This document shows, piece after piece, positions 9,986 to 19,900 of a DNA stretch of 64,000 nt. A program made the position numbers and the translations under genes. The stretch comes from a virus. Location: IMG/VR virus record IMGVR_UViG_3300027736_000026, positions 1 to 64,000 of that record. One strand, given 5' to 3'. The notes under the pieces were generated by a model that was not told the origin of the DNA, searched no databases, and worked only from the letters and a program-made list of their open reading frames with translations. Position 1 is the stretch's first letter, and each line of letters begins with the position of its first letter.

Positions 9986-10426
9986 ATGGCATCTTTATTA
10001 ACAAACGAACAAAGAGCTAGCTTTGGATCAAACTACAATGATCTTTTTGATACATTGTGTCAGGATATTGTCATTTATAAAGAGCCTATTAAAAACATCA
10101 CTTCCATAAACCAAACTCCAGCTTTTGGATACCCCGGCGACGAGTTGCCAGAAAGCGTAACTTATACCCCGGTGTATGGCACTTACAAAGCGAGAATCTT
10201 CTATGGCAATCCAGAAGAAGACCTTATTGGTTTAGGTTCAGAGATTAAAAATCCAAAAGCAATTGCGAGAATCCGAGTAAAGACAGAAACTAAAGATTAC
10301 ATTGAAAATGGAAGCACTGAAAAGATAACTTTTGATGGCAAATCTTGGAATGTCCAATATGGTTTTGTTGTTAAAAGATTTATTGATGAACCTTATTATG
10401 AGTACATGATGAAAGAGTCTACATAA
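9986..10426 (+). CDS. Putative head closure/stopper protein
   Basis: Position, plus a beta-rich C-terminus 'KITFDGKSWNV' like head-closure proteins. Confidence 0.45.
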   Translation: MASLLTNEQRASFGSNYNDLFDTLCQDIVIYKEPIKNITSINQTPAFGYPGDELPESVTYTPVYGTYKARIFYGNPEEDLIGLGSEIKNPKAIARIRVKTETKDYIENGSTEKITFDGKSWNVQYGFVVKRFIDEPYYEYMMKEST

Positions 10427-11037
10427 TGGCAACCATAAATAAGACAATCTTAAATAGGGAAGTCAAAAAACTTCTCTTTAATAAAGACATTCAAAATTTA
10501 GCTTATCAAAGAGCCTTTAAGGAATTTGAAAGGATTAAAAAACAAGCTCTTAGAGAGTTCAATCAACACCCTGTTACTAAAGAGTTAGAGGAGGGGGTTG
10601 GCGCTTCAAATATTTCAAAGACTTTGCCCGGAACGAAAAGTGATGCAAATTTGTTTTCATTTATTGGGTTTGCAGAAGGCGCTAACCCAACTCAAGAAGT
10701 AAGGCAAATTTTAGAACAAGAAATCGATCTAAATCAAAAACCTACAGTAAGAAACATAGAAACAGGAATACAATTCAATTTCAAAGTCTTAGCTCCAACT
10801 CTTAAAGCAATAGAAGCGGAGACTCCATTGCCTTGGGAAAATGGTAGAAGCTGGGTTAAGGGCATTGAGAGAGGAATTTCTGGCCTTGGTTACTACTTGT
10901 CTGGCCGATTCAAAAGTCCAGAGCCTAGCCAATCTGGCGGAGGTATTCAATCAAGTTATAAAGTTAGAAAAGGTTCTTTCGTTACTGTAGACTACTTAAG
11001 CGAGATATTAAGAAACCTAAAGGAAAAACTTAAATAA
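10426..11037 (+). CDS. Putative neck/tail completion protein
   Basis: Basic 203-aa ORF coupled by TAATG overlaps on both sides. Function inferred from position. Confidence 0.4.
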   Translation: MATINKTILNREVKKLLFNKDIQNLAYQRAFKEFERIKKQALREFNQHPVTKELEEGVGASNISKTLPGTKSDANLFSFIGFAEGANPTQEVRQILEQEIDLNQKPTVRNIETGIQFNFKVLAPTLKAIEAETPLPWENGRSWVKGIERGISGLGYYLSGRFKSPEPSQSGGGIQSSYKVRKGSFVTVDYLSEILRNLKEKLK

Positions 11038-11885
11038 TGAAACCCCAATTTGATAACCAAATATCTTCTTCGTTCCTAATGTGGTTTGACCATACTCTAT
11101 TATCTAAAGGCGAGGCTTATTATAATGTCACAAGTGCTTTTCCTGCCAACTCATCTTACGTCAATGGGTTCTATGCATACAATGGGCCTTATAAAGGATT
11201 AGTTTATGATACTTCTATATCTGGCGCTACAGTAATGACTGGGGTTAGTATTGGTGGAGTAAATTATAATTTAGGTCAAAACCCAGTTAGCGGTATTAAT
11301 TATTCAGAAGGGCAAATCTATTTGGCTTCTGGGTCTCTTACTGTTTCAGGGACTTACTCAGTTAAAGAATTTAATGTATTATTAACCTCTCAGCCAGAAG
11401 AGGTCCTACTTTTTGAGACTCAATACGTCAGAAGAAATAAGACCTCAACAGAGTCTTTAAAGTCAAGTCTTAAAGAAAATACTATCACTTATCCTGTGGT
11501 TTTTATTAAAAATAATAGCAGTACAAATGACCCTTGGGCTTTTGGCGGCACTGACAAAACGAAAATGGATTTCCGAGCAATCGTGATCGCCGATTCTCAA
11601 TATACATTAGATGCAGTTTGTTCTTTATTCAGAGATAGAAATTATGATAATGTTCCTTTAATTGACGCAACTTATAATCCTTTTAATGTGTTAGGGAGCT
11701 TCAAAAGTGGAATAGCATTTAATTACGATTCTTTAACATCTGGAAAAGATTACTGCATGATAGATAGTGTTTCTGTCTCTAAAGTCGCGAGTGTAAGAGA
11801 TATAGAGAACAATCTCAATCCTAGCTCCTATTATGGGCTGATTGATTTTGAACTGATCAAGTTTAGACAACCAAGACAAACATAA
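11037..11885 (+). CDS. Putative tail terminator protein
   Basis: Immediately upstream of the tube genes. 'TYPVVFI' and terminal 'GLIDFEL' are reminiscent of tail terminators. Confidence 0.45.
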   Translation: MKPQFDNQISSSFLMWFDHTLLSKGEAYYNVTSAFPANSSYVNGFYAYNGPYKGLVYDTSISGATVMTGVSIGGVNYNLGQNPVSGINYSEGQIYLASGSLTVSGTYSVKEFNVLLTSQPEEVLLFETQYVRRNKTSTESLKSSLKENTITYPVVFIKNNSSTNDPWAFGGTDKTKMDFRAIVIADSQYTLDAVCSLFRDRNYDNVPLIDATYNPFNVLGSFKSGIAFNYDSLTSGKDYCMIDSVSVSKVASVRDIENNLNPSSYYGLIDFELIKFRQPRQT

Positions 11886-11891
11886 TATTTT

Positions 11892-13550
11892 ATGCCAAGA
11901 ACAAGAGTAATTTACCAAAATGAAGCTTTATATGTTGGCCCTAGCCCAGCTATAAGTGGACACTATAAATTCGTTACAGGCAATAATGCCGTAAATGTTC
12001 CAACTCAAAAATTGAATCAATTAGATCCTCTTTCTGTGCGAACAGTAAATTCAGGCAGCACTACGGCGAGTGCTTCTTTGGCGCAAATGACTAGCGGCTT
12101 GGCCGCAAATATTACTAATCTTGATCGTATTCAAAGTATTAATTATAATTTTAATATTACAAGGAAAGACGTAAACCAGTTTGGCGCTTTGGCCGCAATT
12201 GATAGAGTTATAATTGATCAGCCTACTGTTTCATTGGATTTTTCTTATCTTCAAAATAGCTTCAATAATGAAGAAGAATTAGGATTCGATGTTAAGGCCC
12301 TTAAGAGGAGTGCTACTGTAAATTTAACTATCGTTACTTCTGGACAAGCAGAATATGCAATAACTGCGGCTTCTATTGCCGATGGCGGTCAAGGATATTT
12401 AAATCCATTTACATTAACGCTACCTCAAGGAGGAGCAAACGTACCTCCAGTGCTTTCTTTTGGTGTCGCAACGGGAGGCCTATTTGCTGGTCAAGCGACA
12501 GGGGTCTCAATAACTAACCAAGGGTCAGGAGTTATTTTTATAAATGGATCTCAAACTAGCGCTGGTAATCCTACTAATGTGCCAGTTAATGTCGGGATCG
12601 GCGGTACGAGCAATATCCAAACTTTTTCTCCAACTTTAGCAAATAATTATCCAGAAGGAACGGCTAGCGTTATCAACGTTACTTGCCTATCTGGGATATT
12701 AACGAAAGTCACTGACGATAAAAACATGTTCGTTAGGACGGTCGCTCAAGGAAACGACGTAACAGTAGCTACTACTGGCACATTAGATCAAGCGATTATT
12801 GCATTTGGAAATGTTGTAATTAATAATTACTCTACAAATGGCGCTGTTGGAGACTTCCCTACTGTTACTGTTGGTAATGAAGCTAGGAATATTTCTTTCC
12901 ACACAGGCGCTAATGATTTTAAATCTTCTGCGGCTGGGCAACGTTATCAATTACCTTCATTAGATTCCAATGGATCTAGAGTAAATGGAACATTCTCTTT
13001 GCCTGATTTTAATGATAGGAGTGATTTGACTAACAATGTTTCAGTATTTAAGCCCGGAAGCATTGTCCTTGATTTAAGTCAATATGCCCTTTCTGGTTTT
13101 GGTATTGATACGTCTTCAGCTTCTTTAAATGCTCAAAGCTACAGCTTATCAATTGCTATGCAAAGAGATTCGCTAAAGAAATTAGGAAATACTTTCGAAT
13201 TTTCTAAAGAAATAACTTTCCCAATTAATTATTCTCTTTCTGTAGATGTTTTGGTTTCTGATCTTGTTGTTGGAAATCTACTAACTATGGTTACTGGCAA
13301 AGATGTTTCTTTCGATGTGTCAATTTCTCACATTAAACCCGGAACAGAAAATTCTTCATTAGGAAGAATCACAGGAGCTAAATATACAGCCAAATCTACA
13401 CTATTAGAATCTATGAGCTTTAGCTCGTCAATCGGAGCGAATAAAACAGCAACTTTAACTTTTGGAGGGCAAATGAGTTCTCCTCAAGACGCAACTAAGG
13501 GTATTTTAATGCATGGAGATTATTGGATGCAAATACCTGATATAATTTAA
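11892..13550 (+). CDS. Tail tube-like protein 1, with inserted domain
   Basis: Clear paralogue of 13611..14792 (MPRTRVIYQNEALY, RIQSINYNFNITRKDVNQFG, SSSIGANK), upstream of the chaperones and TMP. Confidence 0.65.
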   Translation: MPRTRVIYQNEALYVGPSPAISGHYKFVTGNNAVNVPTQKLNQLDPLSVRTVNSGSTTASASLAQMTSGLAANITNLDRIQSINYNFNITRKDVNQFGALAAIDRVIIDQPTVSLDFSYLQNSFNNEEELGFDVKALKRSATVNLTIVTSGQAEYAITAASIADGGQGYLNPFTLTLPQGGANVPPVLSFGVATGGLFAGQATGVSITNQGSGVIFINGSQTSAGNPTNVPVNVGIGGTSNIQTFSPTLANNYPEGTASVINVTCLSGILTKVTDDKNMFVRTVAQGNDVTVATTGTLDQAIIAFGNVVINNYSTNGAVGDFPTVTVGNEARNISFHTGANDFKSSAAGQRYQLPSLDSNGSRVNGTFSLPDFNDRSDLTNNVSVFKPGSIVLDLSQYALSGFGIDTSSASLNAQSYSLSIAMQRDSLKKLGNTFEFSKEITFPINYSLSVDVLVSDLVVGNLLTMVTGKDVSFDVSISHIKPGTENSSLGRITGAKYTAKSTLLESMSFSSSIGANKTATLTFGGQMSSPQDATKGILMHGDYWMQIPDII

Positions 13551-13574
13551 TTATTTCTCAAAACTGAATAAAAA

Positions 13575-13590
13575 ATGTAATAATGAATAG
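13575..13590 (+). promoter_or_regulatory. Candidate late-promoter motif, one mismatch
   Basis: atgtaa taatgaa tag upstream of 13611, followed by an AAGGA Shine-Dalgarno-like site. Confidence 0.45.
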
Positions 13591-13610
13591 AATTTTAAAG
13601 GATTAAAAAT

Positions 13611-14792
13611 ATGCCAAGAAATCGTGTAATTTACCAATCAGAAGCGTTATTCAATACAAATGATAGTGTTGACGTATCAGCTTCTACACCATCACAAACT
13701 GGAGCTTTATTTGTTAACCAGTTTTCTCGCGTTCAATCTTGCAATTATAATTTTAATATTGCAAGAAAAGATGTCAATCAATTCGGCAATCTTGCTGCTA
13801 TTGATCGTATTATCGTAGAGCAACCAACTGTTGGTTTAGATTTTTCATATCTACTTTCAGATATGGCTAATGAAAAGAATTTAGGATTTTCTGTTATAAC
13901 AAGTCAAACTACTACCGCTGGCATTACTTCTGTCAATGCTGTTCAGTCTTGCTTATCTGGAATCTTAACTAGTGGCTTTGTAAATACTAAAAATTATTAC
14001 GTTAGAACAGTTAATGAAGGTAATGATGCTTCTGCATTTGCATCCGACGCTATTCCAAATATTACTCAAGGAAATACAATTGGCTTAGGAAATGGTTTCT
14101 TGACTAATTATAGCATAAATGCTGCTGTAGGAGATTTCCCAACTGTTTCTTCTACTGTTGAGTGCTTAAACATGAATTTTACTGCTGGAAATTCAGGAAA
14201 TGCTCCCGGTGTAACTAGTGCTGGAGCAATCGCTGGCGGGATTTTCTCTTTACCACAAACCGCTACAAATCCTAATGGTGAAAACTCATTAGGCAGAATT
14301 TCAGCACTGAGACATGGCGATATTACCCTCACTCTAACAAAAACAACTGGAACAGCTTATGGTGGTACAGATGTCACTACTGCTGCTGCTATCCAAAATT
14401 TCTCTATCTCAATGGGTTTAAATAGAACTCCATTACAAAAACTCGGTAGTAAATACGCTTTTTCTAGAGAAATCGATTTCCCAGTTACTATTTCTTTCAG
14501 CGTGAATGCTCTAGTCCAAGATCTTACCACTGGAAATCTTGTTGATGTAATAAATAATGATGCTACTTATGACGCTGTCGTTGTGTTGGGCGCTCCTGCT
14601 AGCGCTAACACTAATTTGGCTACTGGTGAAGGCGTTGGATATGTTCTCAAGAGATTAAGCCTAGACTCTCAAGATATTTCTTCTTCAATTGGCGCTAATA
14701 AATCAGTAACACTAAACTTCACTACTCAAGTTGGTTCTCCTCAACAAACCGATAGAGGAATGTTCATGTTTGAAACATTGCCTCTCCAATAA
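13611..14792 (+). CDS. Probable major tail tube protein
   Basis: Ser/Thr/Gly/Ala-rich beta protein with its own promoter-like motif, SD and downstream terminator (high-expression layout), in the canonical position before the chaperones and TMP. Confidence 0.7.
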   Translation: MPRNRVIYQSEALFNTNDSVDVSASTPSQTGALFVNQFSRVQSCNYNFNIARKDVNQFGNLAAIDRIIVEQPTVGLDFSYLLSDMANEKNLGFSVITSQTTTAGITSVNAVQSCLSGILTSGFVNTKNYYVRTVNEGNDASAFASDAIPNITQGNTIGLGNGFLTNYSINAAVGDFPTVSSTVECLNMNFTAGNSGNAPGVTSAGAIAGGIFSLPQTATNPNGENSLGRISALRHGDITLTLTKTTGTAYGGTDVTTAAAIQNFSISMGLNRTPLQKLGSKYAFSREIDFPVTISFSVNALVQDLTTGNLVDVINNDATYDAVVVLGAPASANTNLATGEGVGYVLKRLSLDSQDISSSIGANKSVTLNFTTQVGSPQQTDRGMFMFETLPLQ

Positions 14793-14811
14793 TAGTTAGA
14801 ATATTTAAACT

Positions 14812-14841
14812 AAGCTCCAGCCTAAAAACTGGGGCTTTTTT
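14812..14841 (+). terminator. Rho-independent terminator
   Basis: aagctccag-cctaaaaa-ctggggctt stem (one G-U pair) followed by a T run. Confidence 0.75.
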
Positions 14842-14852
14842 ATTTTTACAGA

Positions 14853-14868
14853 GTGTAAATACCATTAG
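14853..14868 (+). promoter_or_regulatory. Candidate late-promoter motif GTGTAA-N7-TAG
   Basis: gtgtaa ataccat tag, just after the terminator and before 14891. Confidence 0.5.
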
Positions 14869-14890
14869 GTAAAGGTTTTTCAAAGGTTAT

Positions 14891-15109
14891 ATGGCAATAG
14901 ATATTAAGCTAAAAGAATATGTCCTATTTAAAAATAGGCGACAAGTCGTAAATTTATATAAAAACTTCTTAATCTTACTTGAAGATTTAAAGGAAGATGG
15001 TTATAATATTAATGATGAAAAGTACCAACGTCTAAGAAAGAAAATACTAGACAGCGGCAACGATAGCATCAGAAATTTTGAAGAAGATCTAAATAATATA
15101 AATTTATAA
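14891..15109 (+). CDS. Hypothetical protein
   Basis: 72-aa ORF with an AAAGGT SD-like site, coupled to the next gene by TAATG. Confidence 0.65.
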   Translation: MAIDIKLKEYVLFKNRRQVVNLYKNFLILLEDLKEDGYNINDEKYQRLRKKILDSGNDSIRNFEEDLNNINL

Positions 15110-15849
15110 TGAAGACTACATACGAATTTGCAATTAATAAAGAAGGGCTTGTGAAAGAAACAGAAGAGTCGGTAAACGAAGAAGGACAAAAGGTAACTAT
15201 TACCAAAGATGTTGTATCTCAAGTTCCTCATAAGTACTTTATTAAGAAACCCACAAGAGTTTTATTTGATGAGGCTGAATTATTTTATGGAGTTAGACTT
15301 TCTGAAGGCGTTAAGGCTGGCCTCCTTACTCGATCTTTGTTAAATAAAAGATACGTTGATGATGGCGGCATTTTAGGGGATAAAGCTAAAGGTGCCGAAG
15401 CAGATGCTTATAAAGACCTGTATAATGCTCAAAACGAAATTCAAAGGTTAGACGTTCTAGAAGAAAAAGATCGTCCAGATTATTTTGAAACCAAGAAAAA
15501 AGAATTGCAAGACAAGATTTCTGTTATTAAGAGTTCTTTGACCGAATTGGAGATGCAAAAAGAATCCCTGTTTGATAATACCGCAGAGACAAGGGCTCGT
15601 AATAAAGTAATAACTTGGTGGATATTATTTTTGTCATACTATGAGAAAAACGGGGAAAAACAACCATTTTTTGGCGAAGGAAATTACGAAACCCGAATGA
15701 ACAAGTATGACGAAATTTTTGAATCAGAAGATCCTCATATGATAAAAGTAGCTAATGCTTTTATTTATTTTATTAGCTTCTGGTATGTTGGAAGAGCGGC
15801 ATCAAAGGAAGACTTTGATTTATTAAAAACGGATCAACAAATTTTTTAA
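15109..15849 (+). CDS. Putative tail assembly chaperone
   Basis: Charged, coiled-coil-like protein between the tube and TMP genes. Function inferred from position. Confidence 0.5.
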   Translation: MKTTYEFAINKEGLVKETEESVNEEGQKVTITKDVVSQVPHKYFIKKPTRVLFDEAELFYGVRLSEGVKAGLLTRSLLNKRYVDDGGILGDKAKGAEADAYKDLYNAQNEIQRLDVLEEKDRPDYFETKKKELQDKISVIKSSLTELEMQKESLFDNTAETRARNKVITWWILFLSYYEKNGEKQPFFGEGNYETRMNKYDEIFESEDPHMIKVANAFIYFISFWYVGRAASKEDFDLLKTDQQIF

Positions 15850-15871
15850 TCTCTTGGCGTAAATTAATCCT

Positions 15872-15897
15872 AGCCCCTGCGCGAGCGGGGGCTTTTT
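15872..15897 (+). terminator. GC-rich hairpin plus T run (terminator/attenuator-like)
   Basis: agcccctgc-gcga-gcgggggct followed by tttt, ending 5 nt before ATG 15903. Confidence 0.7.
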
Positions 15898-15902
15898 AGC
15901 AT

Positions 15903-16919
15903 ATGGATCTAGAAGCTTTTAATAAAAATTTAAAATCTCTTTATTGGGAAATAGTAAAGGGCTCATCTTCTTTTCTATGCAACAATAATCAGTATTATAT
16001 AAAGCACATGTCTCCAAAAGATGCAGGAGAGATCGAAGTGCGCGAAAACCACTATTACGAAAAAGCTAGATCACAAGGCATACCCACAAATGAAGAAAAG
16101 ATAAAAGAACTTATTAAAGAAAAAATCTATGACGAAAAAGACGATCAGAAAATAATAAACAATAGATTAACCCTTGCTAATTTAAATAAGACTAGACGCA
16201 AGCTCTATTTAACTAGAGACCTTGATAACATTGACAAACAAATAAAAGAAATTAATGAAGAGACAAGTCTGCTAGAGACTAAGAAAAATGATTTGTTAGA
16301 AAATACTTGCGAAACATACACTGGCAAACGGATGAATGAGTTTTACATTTATTATTCGGTTTACTCTGACGAAAATTGCCAAAATCACGCTTTTACATTA
16401 GAAGAATTTGAAGAACTAGATCAAAATGAGTTATTTAGATTAGTTAGTTCTTATTCTAAGTCTGCTCATAAATTTAATAATCATAACGTAAAAAGAATTG
16501 GAGTTAGCGGATTTTTCCTTAATTATTTTTATTTATGTGATGACAATGCTTATTTCTTCTATGGCAAACCTATTTGCAATTTAACATTTTATCAGGTCGA
16601 GCTATTTGGTTATGCAAGGTACTTTAAAGATTTAATGGGCAAGTCTACAGTTAAGCACCCTGATGAATATAATGATAATGTAGACAAGATTATAGATTGG
16701 TATGAGTCTAGTAGCAATCTTGAAAAATTACACGAAGATAAGAACATGACTAACGGTAAAGAGACTGCTGTCCAAGCCGTTTCTGTCATGGGAGCCACAA
16801 AGGAAGACCTAAAGAAATTAAAACAAGACAACACCGGAAGCGTTTCTTTGGAAGATGCGGCGAAGAAAAAAGGTGGCTCACTAAGCTTTGAAGATTTAAT
16901 GAAGTTGCACGGTGTTTAA
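15903..16919 (+). CDS. Putative second tail assembly chaperone
   Basis: Charged helical protein immediately upstream of the TMP. Function inferred from position. Confidence 0.5.
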   Translation: MDLEAFNKNLKSLYWEIVKGSSSFLCNNNQYYIKHMSPKDAGEIEVRENHYYEKARSQGIPTNEEKIKELIKEKIYDEKDDQKIINNRLTLANLNKTRRKLYLTRDLDNIDKQIKEINEETSLLETKKNDLLENTCETYTGKRMNEFYIYYSVYSDENCQNHAFTLEEFEELDQNELFRLVSSYSKSAHKFNNHNVKRIGVSGFFLNYFYLCDDNAYFFYGKPICNLTFYQVELFGYARYFKDLMGKSTVKHPDEYNDNVDKIIDWYESSSNLEKLHEDKNMTNGKETAVQAVSVMGATKEDLKKLKQDNTGSVSLEDAAKKKGGSLSFEDLMKLHGV

Positions 16920-16935
16920 GTGTAATTATTCTTAG
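16920..16935 (+). promoter_or_regulatory. Candidate late-promoter motif GTGTAA-N7-TAG
   Basis: gtgtaa ttattct tag between 16919 and the TMP start, followed by an AAGGA SD. Confidence 0.5.
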
Positions 16936-16947
16936 GTTTAAGGATAT

Positions 16948-19900
16948 ATGGCTACATCAGCAGGATCAATTCCAATTACGGCAACATTTAATGCAGCACA
17001 GCTTGAAAAAGATGTGTTATCAGCGTTAACTCGTATCCAAAGCAAAAGCACACTTAATTTAAATACGAGGAATTTCACCCAACCATTGGGTAAAATCACT
17101 GGCCTTGCTAATGAGTTTAACAAATCTTTAGAAGCTTCAAATGCCCGTGTAGTCGCATTCGGCGCTTCTGCTGGTGTTATTTTTGCAGTTCAGAAGTCTT
17201 TTTCAGCATTAGTTAATACTACGATTGATGTAGAAAAGTCTCTTACTGATATCAATATTGTATTAAATACGTCTTCTGCTGGAATTAAAAAATTTGGTGA
17301 TCAATTATTTGAAGTAGCAAAAAATACTGGCTCTTCATTTAAAGATGCCGCTGGTGCTGCGACAGAATTTTCAAGACAAGGTTTAGGACTAGAAGAGACA
17401 CTAAGGAGAACTAGAGATGCTCTAATCTTAACTCGTCTTTCTGGTCTTGATGTAGTTTCCAGTACAGAAGCTCTTACTTCTGCTGTTAACTCATTTACAC
17501 AAGAAGCTTTAACAACTACAGATGTTGTTAATAAACTCGCAGCAGTTGACGCTAAGTTTGCTGTTAGCTCCAGAGATTTGTCAGAAGCTATCCAACGTGT
17601 AGGATCTTCTGCCAGCGAAGCTGGAGTTAGTTTCGACGAATTGCTAGGTATTGTTACTTCTGTACAGCAAACTACTGCCCGTGGTGGTGCTGTAATTGGT
17701 AATGCCTTAAAAACAATTTTCACAAGAATAGAAAGACCTCAAGTCATTAGCGATTTGAAAGATTTTGGTATTACTGTCGCTGATATTTCTGGGAATACTT
17801 TGCCGACAATTAAAATAATTGAAAACTTAGCTCAGTCTTTCCAAAATTTGAATCCAATTGTTAAATCTCAGGTCGCTGAACTTGTCGGTGGTGTTTATCA
17901 AATTAACATTTTAAAAGCTGCTTTGGCAGATGTTTCTAAACAAAACTCTGCTTTCGCCGAAGCGACGAAAGCATCTTCTCAAGCGGTAGATGATGCCATA
18001 TTAAAGAACAATGCATTAAATCAAAGCTTATCTGCTTTATTCAACGCAACAACAGCTAATTTTGCTAAATTTGCAGTTTCTATTGGCGAAAGCAGTGTGG
18101 CTCCCGGAATTAGAAAAGTTTTAGACTATGTTAATTCTGCTTTAGAAAGCTATAATGAAAAAGACTCTGAAAGTATAGGAAAAAAAATAGCAACAGGTTT
18201 ATTAACAGGCATTACTAGTTTTGTCACTGGCCCCGGTTTAGCTTTAGGTGCGCTTGCTGTAGGTAAATTAATAGGTAATTTTGCTTCTTTCGCTGGAGAT
18301 GCTACTAAAAACATTTTAGGATTAAATAGTTTAGGAAGACAACAAGCAGTTCTCCAAGGAGAAATAAGCAACATCCTTTCTAATAACCCTCAATTAATTC
18401 AACAAATAATAGCTGGTAGCAAGAGCCGCCTACAAGTAGAAAAAGAAATAAAACAAACTCTTATTGAACAAGCAGCAGTTTCAGAAATGCTTAAAAAAAG
18501 TTCGGCATCTATCGCTTATGGCTATATTGCGTCAGGTCTTGGGGTTTCTACATCTGGTGGTATTACTGGAAAAAGAGGAAGTGCTGGAGGTTATATTCCC
18601 GCTCGACAACAAGCTTCCGAAATGGTAGGGGCAATGCAAGGGGGTTATACTCCCGGTAAAGTAATTGCTGCCCCCAAATCAATTGGCGGCGTAATGAATA
18701 CTGCCGAAAAAGTTAAATATATTCCCGGCTTTGCTCAACCTTATATACTACCTCCTCAAGGATCTCGCGCAGCACAATCTTTGGCTTCAAAGTCAATGGC
18801 AAAGAATGGCATTAATCCTTATATGGCTAGAGGATTCGTGCCTAATTTCGGTGGTCCTCCACCACTAGATAACGCTGGCCGCTATGGGGATAATGATTAC
18901 TGGTATTCTTCTAAATCAGGGAAGACTTCTTTGAGTGAAGTTAGATTAAAAGATAAAGATGGTAATCCTGATAAAGCTGCTTGGGGTGGTCCAGATAAAG
19001 GATTTTATAGAACAGATGGTCTACCATTTACTGCAACTGATTTAAATAAATTCGTTAGAGCAGGAGTTACTTATGGAGAAATTAGACGGTATCTGCCTGA
19101 TTCATTTGTACAAGATGATCCAAGAGCTAAGGCAGGGGTATCATTAGATCAATTAAAAAAAGAGTATAAACCCGGAGCAAAAATAGCTACAGTAGAAAGC
19201 GTAAAGGAAGAAGCAAAAAGAGTGTTTGAACCTTTTACTCCTCCTGCTTCTATGTTGATTTGGGATCTTGCAGGAAAAAATAGTGACCAAGATGAGATAG
19301 TTGATTTAGAGAAGCTCACTGAAGATAAAAAACAAGCAGGAAGATCATTTAGAATTAAAATTCGTGCTTTATCAGGGAGTCCTTTGAATGAAGAAAAGTT
19401 TGGTTTAATTGATAAAACTTCTAAGTTTGCCCGTGATATAACAAAAAAATTAGCTACTGGAATTCCCGGAGCAAAATCAGATTACTCTGATAAGGAAGTA
19501 GATAGTTATTTTAACAAAACTGGTAAAAATTACAATGTATTAGCTGGTACGATATTTGAAGCTGGAACTAACTTAGCAGCAAGCTACGTTAGAGATCAAG
19601 AGTTTAACAAAACTGCGTCAAAATTAAGTGCTATAGGTGGAGACTTTGACGTTAAGGGAGGAGCGAACCTTGCTAATGTCCAAAAATTCTTTCCCGGATT
19701 TACTGATTCTTATGGCGATTATAAGCTAAATAATTCTTATGACGCAATCAGAGAGTTTATTGATAAAGTTCGAAAAGAATTCCCTCTTGAAATAGGCAAC
19801 CATTTTGATAAACAAGAATCAAAAATAGCAGGAATAAAAACAAGTGCTAAAGGTTTTATTCCTAATTTTGCTCAAAAAGATTTTCAAACAGTAAATACCG

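Noticed and set aside
15838-15905. Programmed -1 frameshift joining the two chaperone ORFs at CAA ATT TTT TAA
   Set aside because: The second ORF is in the -1 frame and that frame is open for 19 codons, but it hits TAG at 15897-15899 before the ATG. The site is also not a clean X XXY YYZ heptamer.
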